Assembly (NCBI GenBank): GCA_013239625.1
Contig: MU053810.1
Coordinates: 186,001-250,000, forward strand
From: Lama guanicoe
Lineage: Eukaryota
DNA: 64,000 bases
Direction of reading: 5' to 3'
The position numbers were made by a program, and so were the translations under genes. The first letter of the stretch is position 1. Each line of letters starts with the position of its first letter. The notes beneath the pieces were generated by a model. It was not told the DNA's origin. It was given only the letters and a program-made list of their open reading frames with translations, and did no database searches. Positions 41,385 through 52,813 of the stretch are shown in pieces.

Positions 41385-41990
41385 TCTCTTCTGGAAATTG
41401 CTAGTTCTGTCTCTTGCCCATTTTTCTATTTAAATGGCTTGCACCTTTCTTGTTGATTTGCACCTTAATTAATACAAAAATTAACACTTGGTCAGTTATG
41501 TGTTTTGCAAATATTTTTTTCCTGTTGCCCTCTACTTTTTAAATTGCTTTCAGCCATAAGAAGCTTTTATGTCTTATTTTCATGTAGTCAAAGTTATCAA
41601 TATTATTCTCCACGGCTTCTGAGTTTTAGATCAAGCTTAGAAAGGGTTTCACAACTCAGTGTGATAAAAAGTAGTATGATATTTAGTATTTTATTATTTC
41701 ATTATTTTACAATTGTACCTTTGGGACAACTAGAATTTATTTTTTGTGAAGAAGCAAGGTAGAGATCTGTTTATTTCCTAAATCACTAGCACTATTTATT
41801 AAACAATCTACCATCCACATTGGTCTGAAATATTTTCTTTAACACATACCAAATTGTGTGTGTGTGTGTATTCTGATACACACGTGAGTTTGTAACTGGG
41901 AAGGGGGTCTATTTGCTGAGCTCTCCCTTCTGTCCCCTTACTCGTCTTGCATCAGTATCACACATCACACAAATCACCATGTACTAATAG
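41385..41990 (-). mobile_element. Old L1ME fragment
   Basis: ttgcccattttttctatt...ttgcaaatatttttt...tagaatttattttttgtg...cactatttattaaacaat. Confidence 0.65.
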
Positions 41991-42225
41991 CCTCTATTCC
42001 AGTCAGCAAGAAACAGGCCACACTCGACTACCAGGTGATTGAATGGGCTAGTTTTGCAGCTGAACTGAACAGCTGTATCAAAATACAGAAATAGCTATGA
42101 AGGGGAAATAAAATTACCAATGCATGAAATCAAACAGGTACCTTGTTAACATGGCTCTTTATCACAAAGGAACAGAGCTCAACCATTTGATTTAAATAAC
42201 TTTACTTTTAAAAAAAAATGAGCAA

Positions 42226-42269
42226 CACAACACTGTAAATCAACTATACTTCAATCAAAATAACTTTTT
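42226..42269 (+). mobile_element. Ultra-short (~44 bp) L1 3' tip with TSD
   Basis: cacaacactgtaaatcaactatacttcaat. TSD aaaaa(t/c)gagcaa at 42214-42225 and 42270-42281. Confidence 0.75.
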
Positions 42270-45200
42270 AAAAACGAGCAAAACAGGAGCAGCCAGGCCT
42301 GTCTCATCTCTCTTTGGAGTCAAACGTGACACTACTGAACTATGTCAGTGACAGGCACCCAAGTGAGCTAGACCGAAAGGCCAGGGTGGTCCCACAGCGA
42401 CGGAGGAGTCAGCATCAATTTCCATTGACACTCACAGGATGCAAACATTGATTTGGTTATGGAAGGTGTCCCTCTCCTCCTCTTCATTTTATTCACAGAA
42501 CTTAATGTCGCACATTAAACTGCAGAGAAACGGGGCCCTATGCCAGATCTCTAACCCCTTCTGTCCATAGGCTTTCCATCACCTTTCACAAATGTCCATT
42601 CATACTGTCACTGGACTGCCTCCCCATCTGTTCAATGTCTCTGCTTCTAACATCTATTTCATGCCTCAGCCCAATTTCGGGATGGCCCTATCCACCTTGG
42701 ACCTTTTGTCTGTTTCAAGCATCACTCTGAAGACAGTCTTCAAGAATCTGGGGGGAAAGGAAGAAGAAGTTTCCTGACACCCTCTTTCTTGTTTCCAGAA
42801 TGAGTGGTTCAGCCACACAGGTGTGATCGTTTGCATCACGAAGCAATGATGTTGACCTCTTATCACGGGGAGATGGGACTTGAGTTGCCTTCAGGAACAG
42901 GCACTGAGATATTAAAAGAGACAGTGTACAAACAGTGCGTGGAACAGTGACTGGCACAGAAGTGCTTGATACACGGGGGCTCTCGTAGATTTCTGCCAGT
43001 TCCCCATGACTCTCATCAGGTCTATGGTCACGTAACCCCTGTGATCGTGGCGACACCTGAGTGAAGCTAACAGGTCCAAACGGACATCAGAAAGAACCGA
43101 CCAGTCCTCAGTGCACAGAGTACAGGGCGGAGCTACTGTCAAGACCAAATTGTAAAACTATCTAAATATCTCTCAGCATCCATGATCTCTGCACATCGGA
43201 GAGTTCTCTGTGCATTAATGTCTTGTTTACTTTTAATCTTCAATGAAATTGTGAACCCCTGAATCAGAATGCGCCATAAAAATGACAAAACGTAAGCTTC
43301 ATTTGGTTTCTACTTAATGTTAAACTAAACGTAAAGACTTTTAGAGTTATATATAGTAGGCTCAGTTCAAGCCCCTTCCTAGTATCTATGCTTTTGTGAG
43401 GAAACCACTTTATATCTGGTTTTTAACTGAGTTTTCTGTTCAACTGTATTTTAAATTTTAGATCAGGGGTGGGAGAGGAGTCAAACCTCTTTATGAAGTA
43501 GGCTGTCAAACTGCCACGAGGAGAAGTAGGTTATTAAAGAGTATACTTTGGTCAATGAGTATGTGTAACCAATAGACATGAAGCTGTTTGAAAGGGGCAG
43601 GGGTGGGTAGGAGAGGAGATGTGAGTGAATTATGGAAGTTGGTTGCTAGGGAACCCTCCTCAGGGGAAAAATAGAGTCATCCCATACAGTGGTCATAATC
43701 TCTCTTCTTTTCAGTTTAACCCAAGTTGTCGGAAGCAGGAAGGCAAGCTGGGGGAGGGCATTAGCCCGCTCTTCTAAAGGGTTATATAAGATGGTTAAGA
43801 AGGGAACTTAGTGCTTCCTCTCCTCAGAAGCATAAACAGTCTCCTAAAAAATCTGAAAGGATATCACTCATGATAGAGACATCTGAGGACAAGCAAAAGC
43901 TGTAAGCGTTTTGGAAATTAAAGGAATTCTAGCACCACCTCCCTGACCTGTGTACCTACGGGATTCTGGATGAGTTTTCTTCCCAAACACGGCAGGGACA
44001 ACTACCAATACTGAAGCTGTAATATGAAGGCACCGAATTCTGTTGAGTTGCTTGTAATTTTTAAGATCTTTTTCTTCATGATTCATCTTTGAGAAGCCAA
44101 ACAGGTTAGCAATTAGTGATTGGTTTGTGTTTATTCTTAAATCAATCAACTGTTGATTTTTTGTTTGTTTGTTTTTAAAGGATGAAAGCAGATATGTGTG
44201 GCCAGATGCCATTACACTGAGTCAGTCTTTCCTGCCAAAGGGAGCTCTGCCAACTGAGCCACAGGCCACCCATACACCTAGTGGCCAGGAGCGATGTCAG
44301 GTCGGGAAGGAACTAAACAGCCCCTGAAGGGCTACTCTGGAAAAGAAGAGGATATGCATCACCATGGTGTTTTCTGACCTGACAAAACAGAATGAGAACA
44401 TGAAGATCCTTTCTGAGCAGAGCCTGGATTGAAATGATACTGCATTTACCTTAATCCCCAACTGATTTTCATCATGTCCATTTCTGGTGAGCAGGAATTA
44501 GTTTTCAACCAATTTTAACCCATCAGAGGCATGTGTGTGTGTGATTAATCAAATGTACCTACGGCCAGGCTCAAAGTCACAAAAGTCTCAAAATCACAAG
44601 AACTGAAACACACTGTTCTTGGGCTAAGGAGCCGAGATGTTCCTGAGACGTTGTCAGGAGGAACATGAGGGTAATTGTCAGAAGAGCACAGTTTGCTACA
44701 GCATCCAGTTCTTCAATGGGAAAGCCAAGCTTTGTGCCTCTGGCAGCCCCCAGCAGCTGCTACCTTCAGTGTTCCCCTCTTTATTCATCTCCAGAATCAA
44801 GAGAACAGGCCTGTATTTCATCATCTGCTCACTCCCTTGCTTGCACTGGGGCAAATGTGGTCTCCTATTCTAGCCCAATGCCTAAGATCTTTGGTTTGGA
44901 CACTCCTATGCTGTATACACACAGAGGCCTTCGGTTTAGTCTAGTGATTTGATCATGAGAAAATATAATTCTGTTAAGACTGAGGCACCAGTCCCAGCCA
45001 GACATCAACCATCTCACATGACAACAAAATTGGATGCTCATAAATTCACAAAGGTTCCATAATCATATATTAAAGTCCTAATGGAGATTAAACAGCATCT
45101 TTAATCTACTGCAAATGTAAAACTCAGGAGAGAGAGAACAGATGCAAACATTTCTGGCACACAGTTTTAAGGGCACAACACAGGCGGTGTCGTGCTGAAA

Positions 45201-45689
45201 GGCTCTTTGTCAAAATAGATGGTGCAACATTTTTTCCTGAGCATCGACTCAATAAATCAAAAAGAAAAGCTGATCCTGAACCAATACAAATGGTTCAGTG
45301 AGATAATTAAAGACCCAAATCATTAAGGGCTCAGAACGAAGGCTGATATTAAAAATGAATCTGTTCTGAAAATGCACTGCACCAGATCTTTTCTCATTTA
45401 GGGTCTGATATTATGCATCAATGTAACTGCCTCTAGCTCAATCACATCTTCACGGAGGAAGATTTCGGCTCTGATTATGTCAGAAAGATAGAATTTGCTG
45501 TCATATTGACAATCGATTCTCAATGCTGTAAAAATTATTGGTGGAAGCAAAATAATTACTATTCTAGTTTGGCAGGGAAAGATCCAGTCTGCTAAAGGAC
45601 CCAAAGGCTCTTAAAGATCTGTAGGAGGTTTATAAGGAAGTCTTAAAACCCTGGGAATAAGTACAAATGGGGTCCTTTAATTTAAAAAC

Positions 45690-46010
45690 AAAAATGGTTA
45701 AAAAAAGAAATTCAAATAGTATATGAGGGTATTTATTAAAAAATAAGTTTTCTTCCTAAATACCCATGCTCTCCTCCAAGAATCAACTCCTAGCAGTTTT
45801 CAGAATATTCCTCCAGGGACTTCCTGTACATATAAGCATATATGTGTCTACCTAACCTGTGTGATCTTGTTTAAAACCATAAAGAAGAGCACATGCTACG
45901 TAATGTTATGCACAAAGCTTATTCATTAACACTGTGCCTTCACAACCACCCCACATCAGCACATAGGAACTAACCTCATCCAGCCCATAATACTTCCATA
46001 TATGTAACTG
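45690..46010 (-). mobile_element. L1ME4-like 3' end
   Basis: aattcaaatagtata...cagttttcagaatattcctccag...cacatcagcacatag. Confidence 0.55.
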
Positions 46011-48387
46011 GCAAAAATGATATAAATTTCGATGTGTGAACAATGTTAACTTCTAAATAGGCAGATCGGACCTTAGAAACAAGCCGTCCCTGTGTAACTG
46101 CCACTGCAGGGGTCTGGCTGTTACTCGCTGTTACTCATTGTTACTCTAACCCAAAAAGCTGATTCTCCCTCTGCAGGGGGAATGCACCAGCTCTCTGGAT
46201 CATATGCAGAGTGGGTGGGGGTGAGGGGGCTGTAGCTGGGAGGTGATGGAACAAAAGAAGATACATTTGAAGGGCAAAAGCAGCCTAGCCCTCATCATCT
46301 CCTGCAAAACTTCCCTGAAGTGTCTGAAATTCTTATTTCCGCCCACTCAGCTGTTCTCAAGGTACAGGTCCATCCACCTCTGGGCACCCACCAGCCCTTC
46401 ATCTTCCATAACTTTGTTTCCATTACTCGAAAACACCATCTCCTCCCTGTAAATCAAGCCTGGGATGACTGAGAACTGAAGACAGTGAGTCACTGCAGAG
46501 AGGGGCCGGGGATGACTCTTCCGAATATAAATTTGCATAATTCAGTGGCTGGAGAACTATTCCTGGAAACAAACGATGAGCAACTCAGGCTCTTCATAAG
46601 GGGCCTGGGTCAATTTACTCAGTTCAGTAAACACACTTCTTGGGAAGGTGGATATTTGAGCAAAGTTAATAGTGTGGTTATTGATTTCTGGTGGCTCTTC
46701 CAAATGGGAGGGGACAATCCTTAGCACCGAGTCCTTGAAAAAGATGCTAAAACTGAGGCATGTCTTATGTTTCTAAATAGTTCTAACACGTGTCTACACT
46801 AAAGGTCACAGTTCTGGTACAGTGAAGTTAGCAATGACTGTTTTTAGATAACCTTCAAAGACAAGGTTCAACGCTTCAGGCACCTTTAAAAACTTGGTTC
46901 ACTTATAGTCCTTTTTGGAATCTCAGGAGACAGCGACACCATCCCCACTTCTACCTGGAGTATTACATATTAATTACCCTAGATAAATATTTATTTTACA
47001 AAGTAAAAGGTAACCTATTTCAGATTGCCTGTATTTCCAGAATTTAGAGACCTAGACACCAAAAACAAAACAAAACAAACCCCCCCCACAACCCCAAACC
47101 CCAAATAAATAAAAAGCACCATGATTTGAAAATTTTTTCCACCAATCCCCAATATCTTCTGAATATATTCTCTTAGATTTTTCTTTTCATTATAAGGATG
47201 ATAAATGAGAAAGTGACATATATTTACACAAGAAGCTGACAGATTGTATCATCTTTACATGCTAACTTGTTCAAGCCACATAGTGATGTAATTTTTAAAA
47301 TGAGCACTCATTTAAATGTCACTTTAGAACAATCCCATTATTTGCATGTTTTTAAGTATTTAGACACATGAATTAATAATCTCTAATCTCAGGAATGTCT
47401 AAAAGATTTGGCCACCCTCTTTAAGGACCAAGGGTTTATAACCTAAAATAGCTGGAGTCCCTTCTTCCAAAGAACTTGGCTTAAGTCAGCAGGAAGTGTT
47501 CTGTTTGGCACTTCTGAGATGCTGACTTCCTAATGCACTGACTCCATGTCTGACACGACACAATTTCTCTCCCCACACTGCCTCCGCCCCATCCCTTCTG
47601 ATCCCACAGAGATGGACAGACGTCACTGGTACATCGAAAGCTTCTGCTGACTAAGGGAACTCCACTCTTCCAGGGAGAATGAGGGTTTCTTAAAACATCA
47701 CTGTATTAAAAAACCCTTTCTGCTACAGCCCGGTCCCTGGACAGAAGCCTCTCCAACTGCTTGTAAGACTTACAGACCAGCCAGTGACCTCTGTGGTTTG
47801 TGTATCAGTGACACCTGCATACATCACATTCATGCAGACAAGAAATTCCCCTTCTTTAATGATGCATCTTCCTTATGCATCATTGGTTTGTTTTAAAGGT
47901 AGATGTCAAATCTGTATGCAGTGCAACCTCACCCCTTTTAGAGTTCACTCCTGCATCCATTATGAGTGAAAATCTCATGTGTAGCTGCCCTGAAATGCTT
48001 TCAGTCTCATGTGCTTAGTCACCAGGGGTCCAAATAAATGGTTATTGGAGGGGTGATGAAAAACAAGGTATGATGTTGAATACAAATGTTTACAGATAGG
48101 TTAGCTTATTAGGGTGTTCTACAAAAACCACCTTAGATTCCTAAATTCATTTGCTTAATAATCATTATTATGGACCAGGCATTGGGATAAACCTTGAGAT
48201 AAACCTTGAGAATGCACAAATAATAGAGACGATGTTCTGAGGGAACTTACAGTTAGAGGAACAAGATGTGTGAGCAAGTAAGAGCAGAAGGAGTATGATA
48301 AAATCATTTATAAATGGGACAGTGAAAAAAGACATGAAGGACTGGTTTTATTCCTAGAGAGAAGGCAGGTTAAGAAAGAGTAACACA

Positions 48388-48877
48388 AAAGAAGATGTGT
48401 ATAGGTATACAATGGAATACTAGTCAGCCATAAAGAAGAATGAAATTTTGCCATTTCCAGCAACATGGATGCCTAGAGATTATCATCGATCAGATTATCA
48501 AGTCAGACAAAGGCAAAATCATATGATATCACTTATATGTGGAATGTAAGAAAAATAATACAAATGAACTTATTTACAAGACAGAAATAGACAACAAACT
48601 TATGATTGCCAAAGGGGAAAAGGGCGGGTAAATTAGGGATTTGGGATTAACAGATACACACTCCTATATATAAAGTAGATGAACCACAAGATCCTACTGT
48701 AGAGCACTGGGAACTATATTCAATATCTTGTAATAACCTATATTGGAAACATTCTGAAAAATTATACATATATATATATATGTATATTTATATATATAAA
48801 ACCAAACCACTCTGCTGTACACCAGAAACTAACACAACATTTTAAATGAGCCATACTTCAATACAAAAAAAAAAAAG
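48388..48877 (+). mobile_element. Cetartiodactyl-type L1 3' end
   Basis: aagaagatgtg...aatggaatacta...taaattaggga...aacacaacatt...atacttcaat plus poly-A. Confidence 0.9.
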
Positions 48878-48889
48878 GAGTATCATGGC

Positions 48890-50040
48890 AAAAACTGTTG
48901 CATAAGTTAGTATCCAACCAGGCCATTCAGAGAGTGAAAGAAGCCACCGAAGTTAATAGAACCAAATAATGCCTGACATTTTTATTTATGGAATGACAAC
49001 TGGTTTATCACATTGTTTGGCCTATAAAAAGAATTTTGCTTAATAACTATTTTTTAAAATGAACTTATTTCCAAAAAAATTAAAATAACTATTATCCATG
49101 TATGTTAAAAGATTTTTTAACCTTTTTTCTGTTGATTGCCTGAATATCAGAAAATACTGCAAGCAGAATAATTATTCTTAGCACATATTCACGTATTGTA
49201 ATCAATTTTAAATCCATATCCGTCTCCAAATCATGTGGATTTTTCTATGTGGATTTTTCATTTTCAGTTTTTATAACGTTGCTTATAATCTTCAAAGTTA
49301 CAATTTACAATCACTAAGTTTGAAACTGTGGACACCTTCAATAGAATCTTCGCTGTTAACCATGATGTTTTTAACTTGGAAAATGCTCTCTCTATAAGTG
49401 CTTCAACACCTAGTACATTCAGGGAAAATCCTGCTAAACAGAAATATTCTACATTGTCAACTTTAAATCAAAATACGTAAGTATTTCAGCCCAAGTATTA
49501 TTTTAATAGTTACTGTCATTTTGCTCTCTTTCTTGGATAAATACTACCTTTCTTTGATGAGTACTTAGAAAAGACAAACCTTGTCAAATAAATTGTCTCT
49601 ACTGATGACATTTTAAATGTTTCTCAACATTTGAATACTGCATAATGGACATAAAATTATCCAATTAAAAATAGGAGCTCCACCAAGACACTGCCCACAG
49701 GTTGAGTTATTCCAAAGCATAATCACAGACTGTCAAAACTCTTCTACGTTATCTGAGCCCTCATCATGTAATTTGTTCAGTTTCTTTTGTAGGGATGTGG
49801 GGGTTTTTTTTGGGTTTTTTGGTAGGGATGTGTTTTAAGTTTTGTTTTCAATAAGTGCAATTTGCTGAAAACATCAAAAGCTGCTTTATTTTTTTTTCAC
49901 TTAACTTGTTGAATATTTTGATTAAAGATTTCCAACTGTTTTTTAACCAAGATGACCAAAATATGGGGCATTTGTTTTCAAAGAAGTTTGATACCATTTT
50001 AGTGTCTTTATATCAATTTACAAAGTACCATCCTTAAAGG
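48890..50040 (-). mobile_element. BLACKJACK (hAT) transposase 3' remnant
   Basis: Minus strand reads ...ERAFSKLK..W...LKVSTVSNLVIVNCNFE, a degenerate hAT dimerisation region, followed by aatatgtgctaagaataattattct. Confidence 0.7.
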
Positions 50041-50059
50041 CTCATACAGTTCTAATATC

Positions 50060-50720
50060 CAGTGGATGGAGCATTAGGTAGCTTAGAAGAACAATGTCTG
50101 GAGAAAGTGGAAAACAAAAGAATGGAAGAAGAATCTCACCAAAACCACATGAAAGGAGAGCTGAGCAGTGCTGGGACTTGGGTGAGACTGGGGAACATTA
50201 AATTTCTAGCAGCTCCAAGCCACCCAAATGTGTGCTATCCTCCAGCGGTGTCCAGCAGCCCTGACGTAGAGGCAGAGGATGCAGGCACTTGCACTGATGC
50301 CAAGTTTTGCGTCTGCAAGGTGGATGTAGCAGACAAAGAAGGGTGCTCGCAGGGAAGTGACCATGGGGGATACTGGAAGGGTTTAGACTGGATAAGGAAG
50401 CCCGAGGAAGGAGTCATTGGGGGGTTCTCAATCATACCAAAGAAGACGTAAATTAAAAAACTGAGGTACTGTTGTCGGCTAGGCTGAAAACAGACATGGA
50501 CTGGTGAAGATTAAGATTACAGAGCCGAAACAGTTCTGGGGAACACCATTCTGGAAAGTGTCCATGGGATTGTGTGATAGGAGAGGAGATGGTTGAAAAC
50601 CACTAAAGGTTATCGCGTGGGTTGTCCACAGGGACACTGAGAGTACCATACTCGCCATCCCAATCACTGGAGGAGGGGGTAGAAGTCGCCGTGTCAGACA
50701 CCAGAGTCTTTAGTGTATAA
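50060..50720 (-). mobile_element. L2 internal segment
   Basis: Purine-rich; cattaaatttctagcagc...ctccagcggtgtccagcagccctg motifs. Confidence 0.6.
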
Positions 50721-50724
50721 AAGA

Positions 50725-51072
50725 AGATGGAGTCAAAAAGTACAAACTTCCAGTTACAAGATAAATAAGTACTAGGGATGTAATGTACATTATAAATATA
50801 ATTAACACTGCTGTGTGTTACATATGAAAGTTGTTAAGGGAGTAAAGCCTAAAAGTTCTCATCGCAAGAGAAAGAATGTTTCTGTTTCTTTAATTTTGTA
50901 CTGATATGAAATGACGGATGTTTAACTAAACTTATTGCAATCATCACTTCATGATGTACATCAATCAAATCATTATGCTGTCCACCTTAAACACGGACAG
51001 TGCTGCCTGTCAATTCTATCTCAATAAAACTGGAAGAATAAAAATAAACAAATAAAACTGGAAGAAAAAAAA
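50725..51072 (+). mobile_element. L1MA9/L1MB1-like 3' end with duplicated terminus
   Basis: acaaacttccagttacaagataaataag...tatctcaataaaactggaagaa; the last motif occurs twice. Confidence 0.85.
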
Positions 51073-52229
51073 ATGGGGAGCCGGTAGAGACAAGAAAGTC
51101 TGGCCAAGAACAGAGCTTGAGTCTGAGCCACAAAGGAGCAAGAGTTTTCATTTCAAGATGTAAAATTAATCATCTAGATGTGGCAATGGGGAAATCTAGC
51201 AGAATTCTAAACGCCTGCTTCAAAACCGGAACCAGAGGACCTCTCTACGGCCCCAGCCTTTCCCGTTCGCCCCGCCATGTGTGAAATCGAATTTCCTACA
51301 CTCATCAGGGCTGCCAAGCCAGCTTTGTCACCAACATGCCTTATTTATAAAGCCCCAAGGATTCAAAGAGATAAGACACAGTTTTAGAAATATCATCTTG
51401 GGAAACAGAGAGACTGGGCTAGTGAATGCAGAAAACTCAACTAGTGGATTTCTAACGTGAGCACTTGTTTCTTGGAGTTTTGCACTGAGGAAATAGGGAC
51501 AGCAGATGAAGTGCGAGGCCACGGAGACCTGAAACCTTAGGCTTGTCTAGGACAAGTGCCCAAACAACAAGAACCCCCTGCTTTACCGACAGACCCAGCG
51601 AGGCCAGGATGATCTATCTCATAGGAGGCAGGAGGGAGCCTGGCATCCGTGGCCCCCAGCCCCGGACCCTTGCTCTTCCCAGCTGCAGCATTCCAAAAGG
51701 AGGTTCTCAAATACGCCCTGTGAGATCGCCCCCCAGTCTCCTTCTGCATCCCTGACAAAACCTCCCAAACAGGAAAAGTGACTGAGTGTACACATTTACT
51801 CCTAGTAGCCTCAACTTCTCCCATGACATAGCCTGAAAAACCATTTGGATTTCCATGGTTTCAAGGAAGGGGCGGTGATTCCCTGAAAAGGACAGAAGCT
51901 AGGGTGGGATTAGATTATTTCCAAGGTTACCAGGGGCTACATCCCATGACTCAATGGTCTCTGCCCTGCAGGGGCTTAGATTTAAATTGGCAGGCCAGGA
52001 TGTAAACACTGAAAAGTAAATGCACCTTGACCGAGTGTTCTAGAGTTCTCCCCTCAGACCTCTTCCCTGCTACCTGCTTCCTCCTCCTGAACCCAGGCCC
52101 CCACTTGGCATGGCCCCCCACTCTCCTGCGAGCCCTTCTGCTGCACCTGCTCACCTGCCCTCATCCAGCCTCCCCGGCCAGGCCCCCTGGTCTGCCACTA
52201 CCACAGGCCGCACCTGCTCACTCCCATCC

Positions 52230-52745
52230 CACACCGGCCGTTCTGCTGCCGGGACACTTTCTCTGGCAGCCGCGCGCAGGGCTGGCCGTCACATGCAGGG
52301 CTGGCCGCATAATCTGCTGGACCCAGAGCAAAATAAAGAGGAGCAATTGGCGCCGGACGCAGCACGTCTTCCCGCGTCGCCAGCGCTGCTGCCGCGGGGT
52401 CCCTGAACCGCGGGCGCCTGGGCTTCCTCCGCTCGGCCATGCCCCCCACCCCCCCACCCCCGCCGCGGCGCAGGCCCCCGAGGTCGCCGCCGCCGCGGCG
52501 GCTGCTGCTCCTGCTGCTGAGCCTCCTTGTCGAGCTGCTGGGCACCCAGGCCCGCGCTGACCCCGCCGCCGGGAGCGCCGTGCCCGCGCAGAGCCGCCGG
52601 CGCGTGGCTGCCACGCTCTCGGGTTCGTGCGGCGCGCCCGGCAGGACCTGCGGGGGACGGCCTACAGCCCGCACGCCCAGACGGAGACCCTCCTGCTGCA
52701 GGCCGAGCGCCGGGCCCTGCGTGCCTGCTGGCCGGCTGGGCGCTG
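52230..52745. promoter_or_regulatory. CpG island overlapping the NICOL1 retrocopy
   Basis: About 500 bp that is very GC-rich and CpG-dense in an otherwise CpG-depleted window. Confidence 0.8.
52297..52340. mobile_element. MER45-family (hAT) terminal fragment
   Basis: caggggctggccgcataatctgctggacccagagcaaaataaa resembles a MER45 terminus; it stops at the retrocopy. Confidence 0.55.
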
Positions 52746-52813
52746 AGGGCCTGGAGCCAGCACTTTCCTTCATCAATAAACACCTGGCCCAGCAAAAAAA
52801 AAAAAAAAAAAAA
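52350..52813 (+). pseudogene. NICOL1: Processed retrocopy of NICOL1/C4orf48 with a 1-nt frameshift
   Basis: ATG 52439 gives ...PPPRRLLLLLLSLLVELLGTQARADPAAGSAVPAQSRRRV. After a 1-nt deletion at about 52607-52608 the shifted frame reads CHALGFVRRARQDLRGTAYSPHAQTETLLLQAERRALRACWPAGR* (TGA 52744-52746). This matches recalled C4orf48 (...AVPAQSRPCVDCHAFEFMQRALQDLRKTA.SLDARTETLLLQAERRALCACWPAG.). No introns, AATAAA at 52775-52780, A20 tail at 52794-52813. The 5' boundary is approximate. Confidence 0.93.

Noticed and set aside
48890..50040. Domesticated hAT transposase gene
   Set aside because: No sustained ORF on the minus strand; a decayed fragment.
52230..52745. Main promoter or first exon of an independent multi-exon gene, or the parental NICOL1 locus
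   Set aside because: It is intronless, has a genomic poly-A and a frameshift, and lies in a CAMK1D intron.
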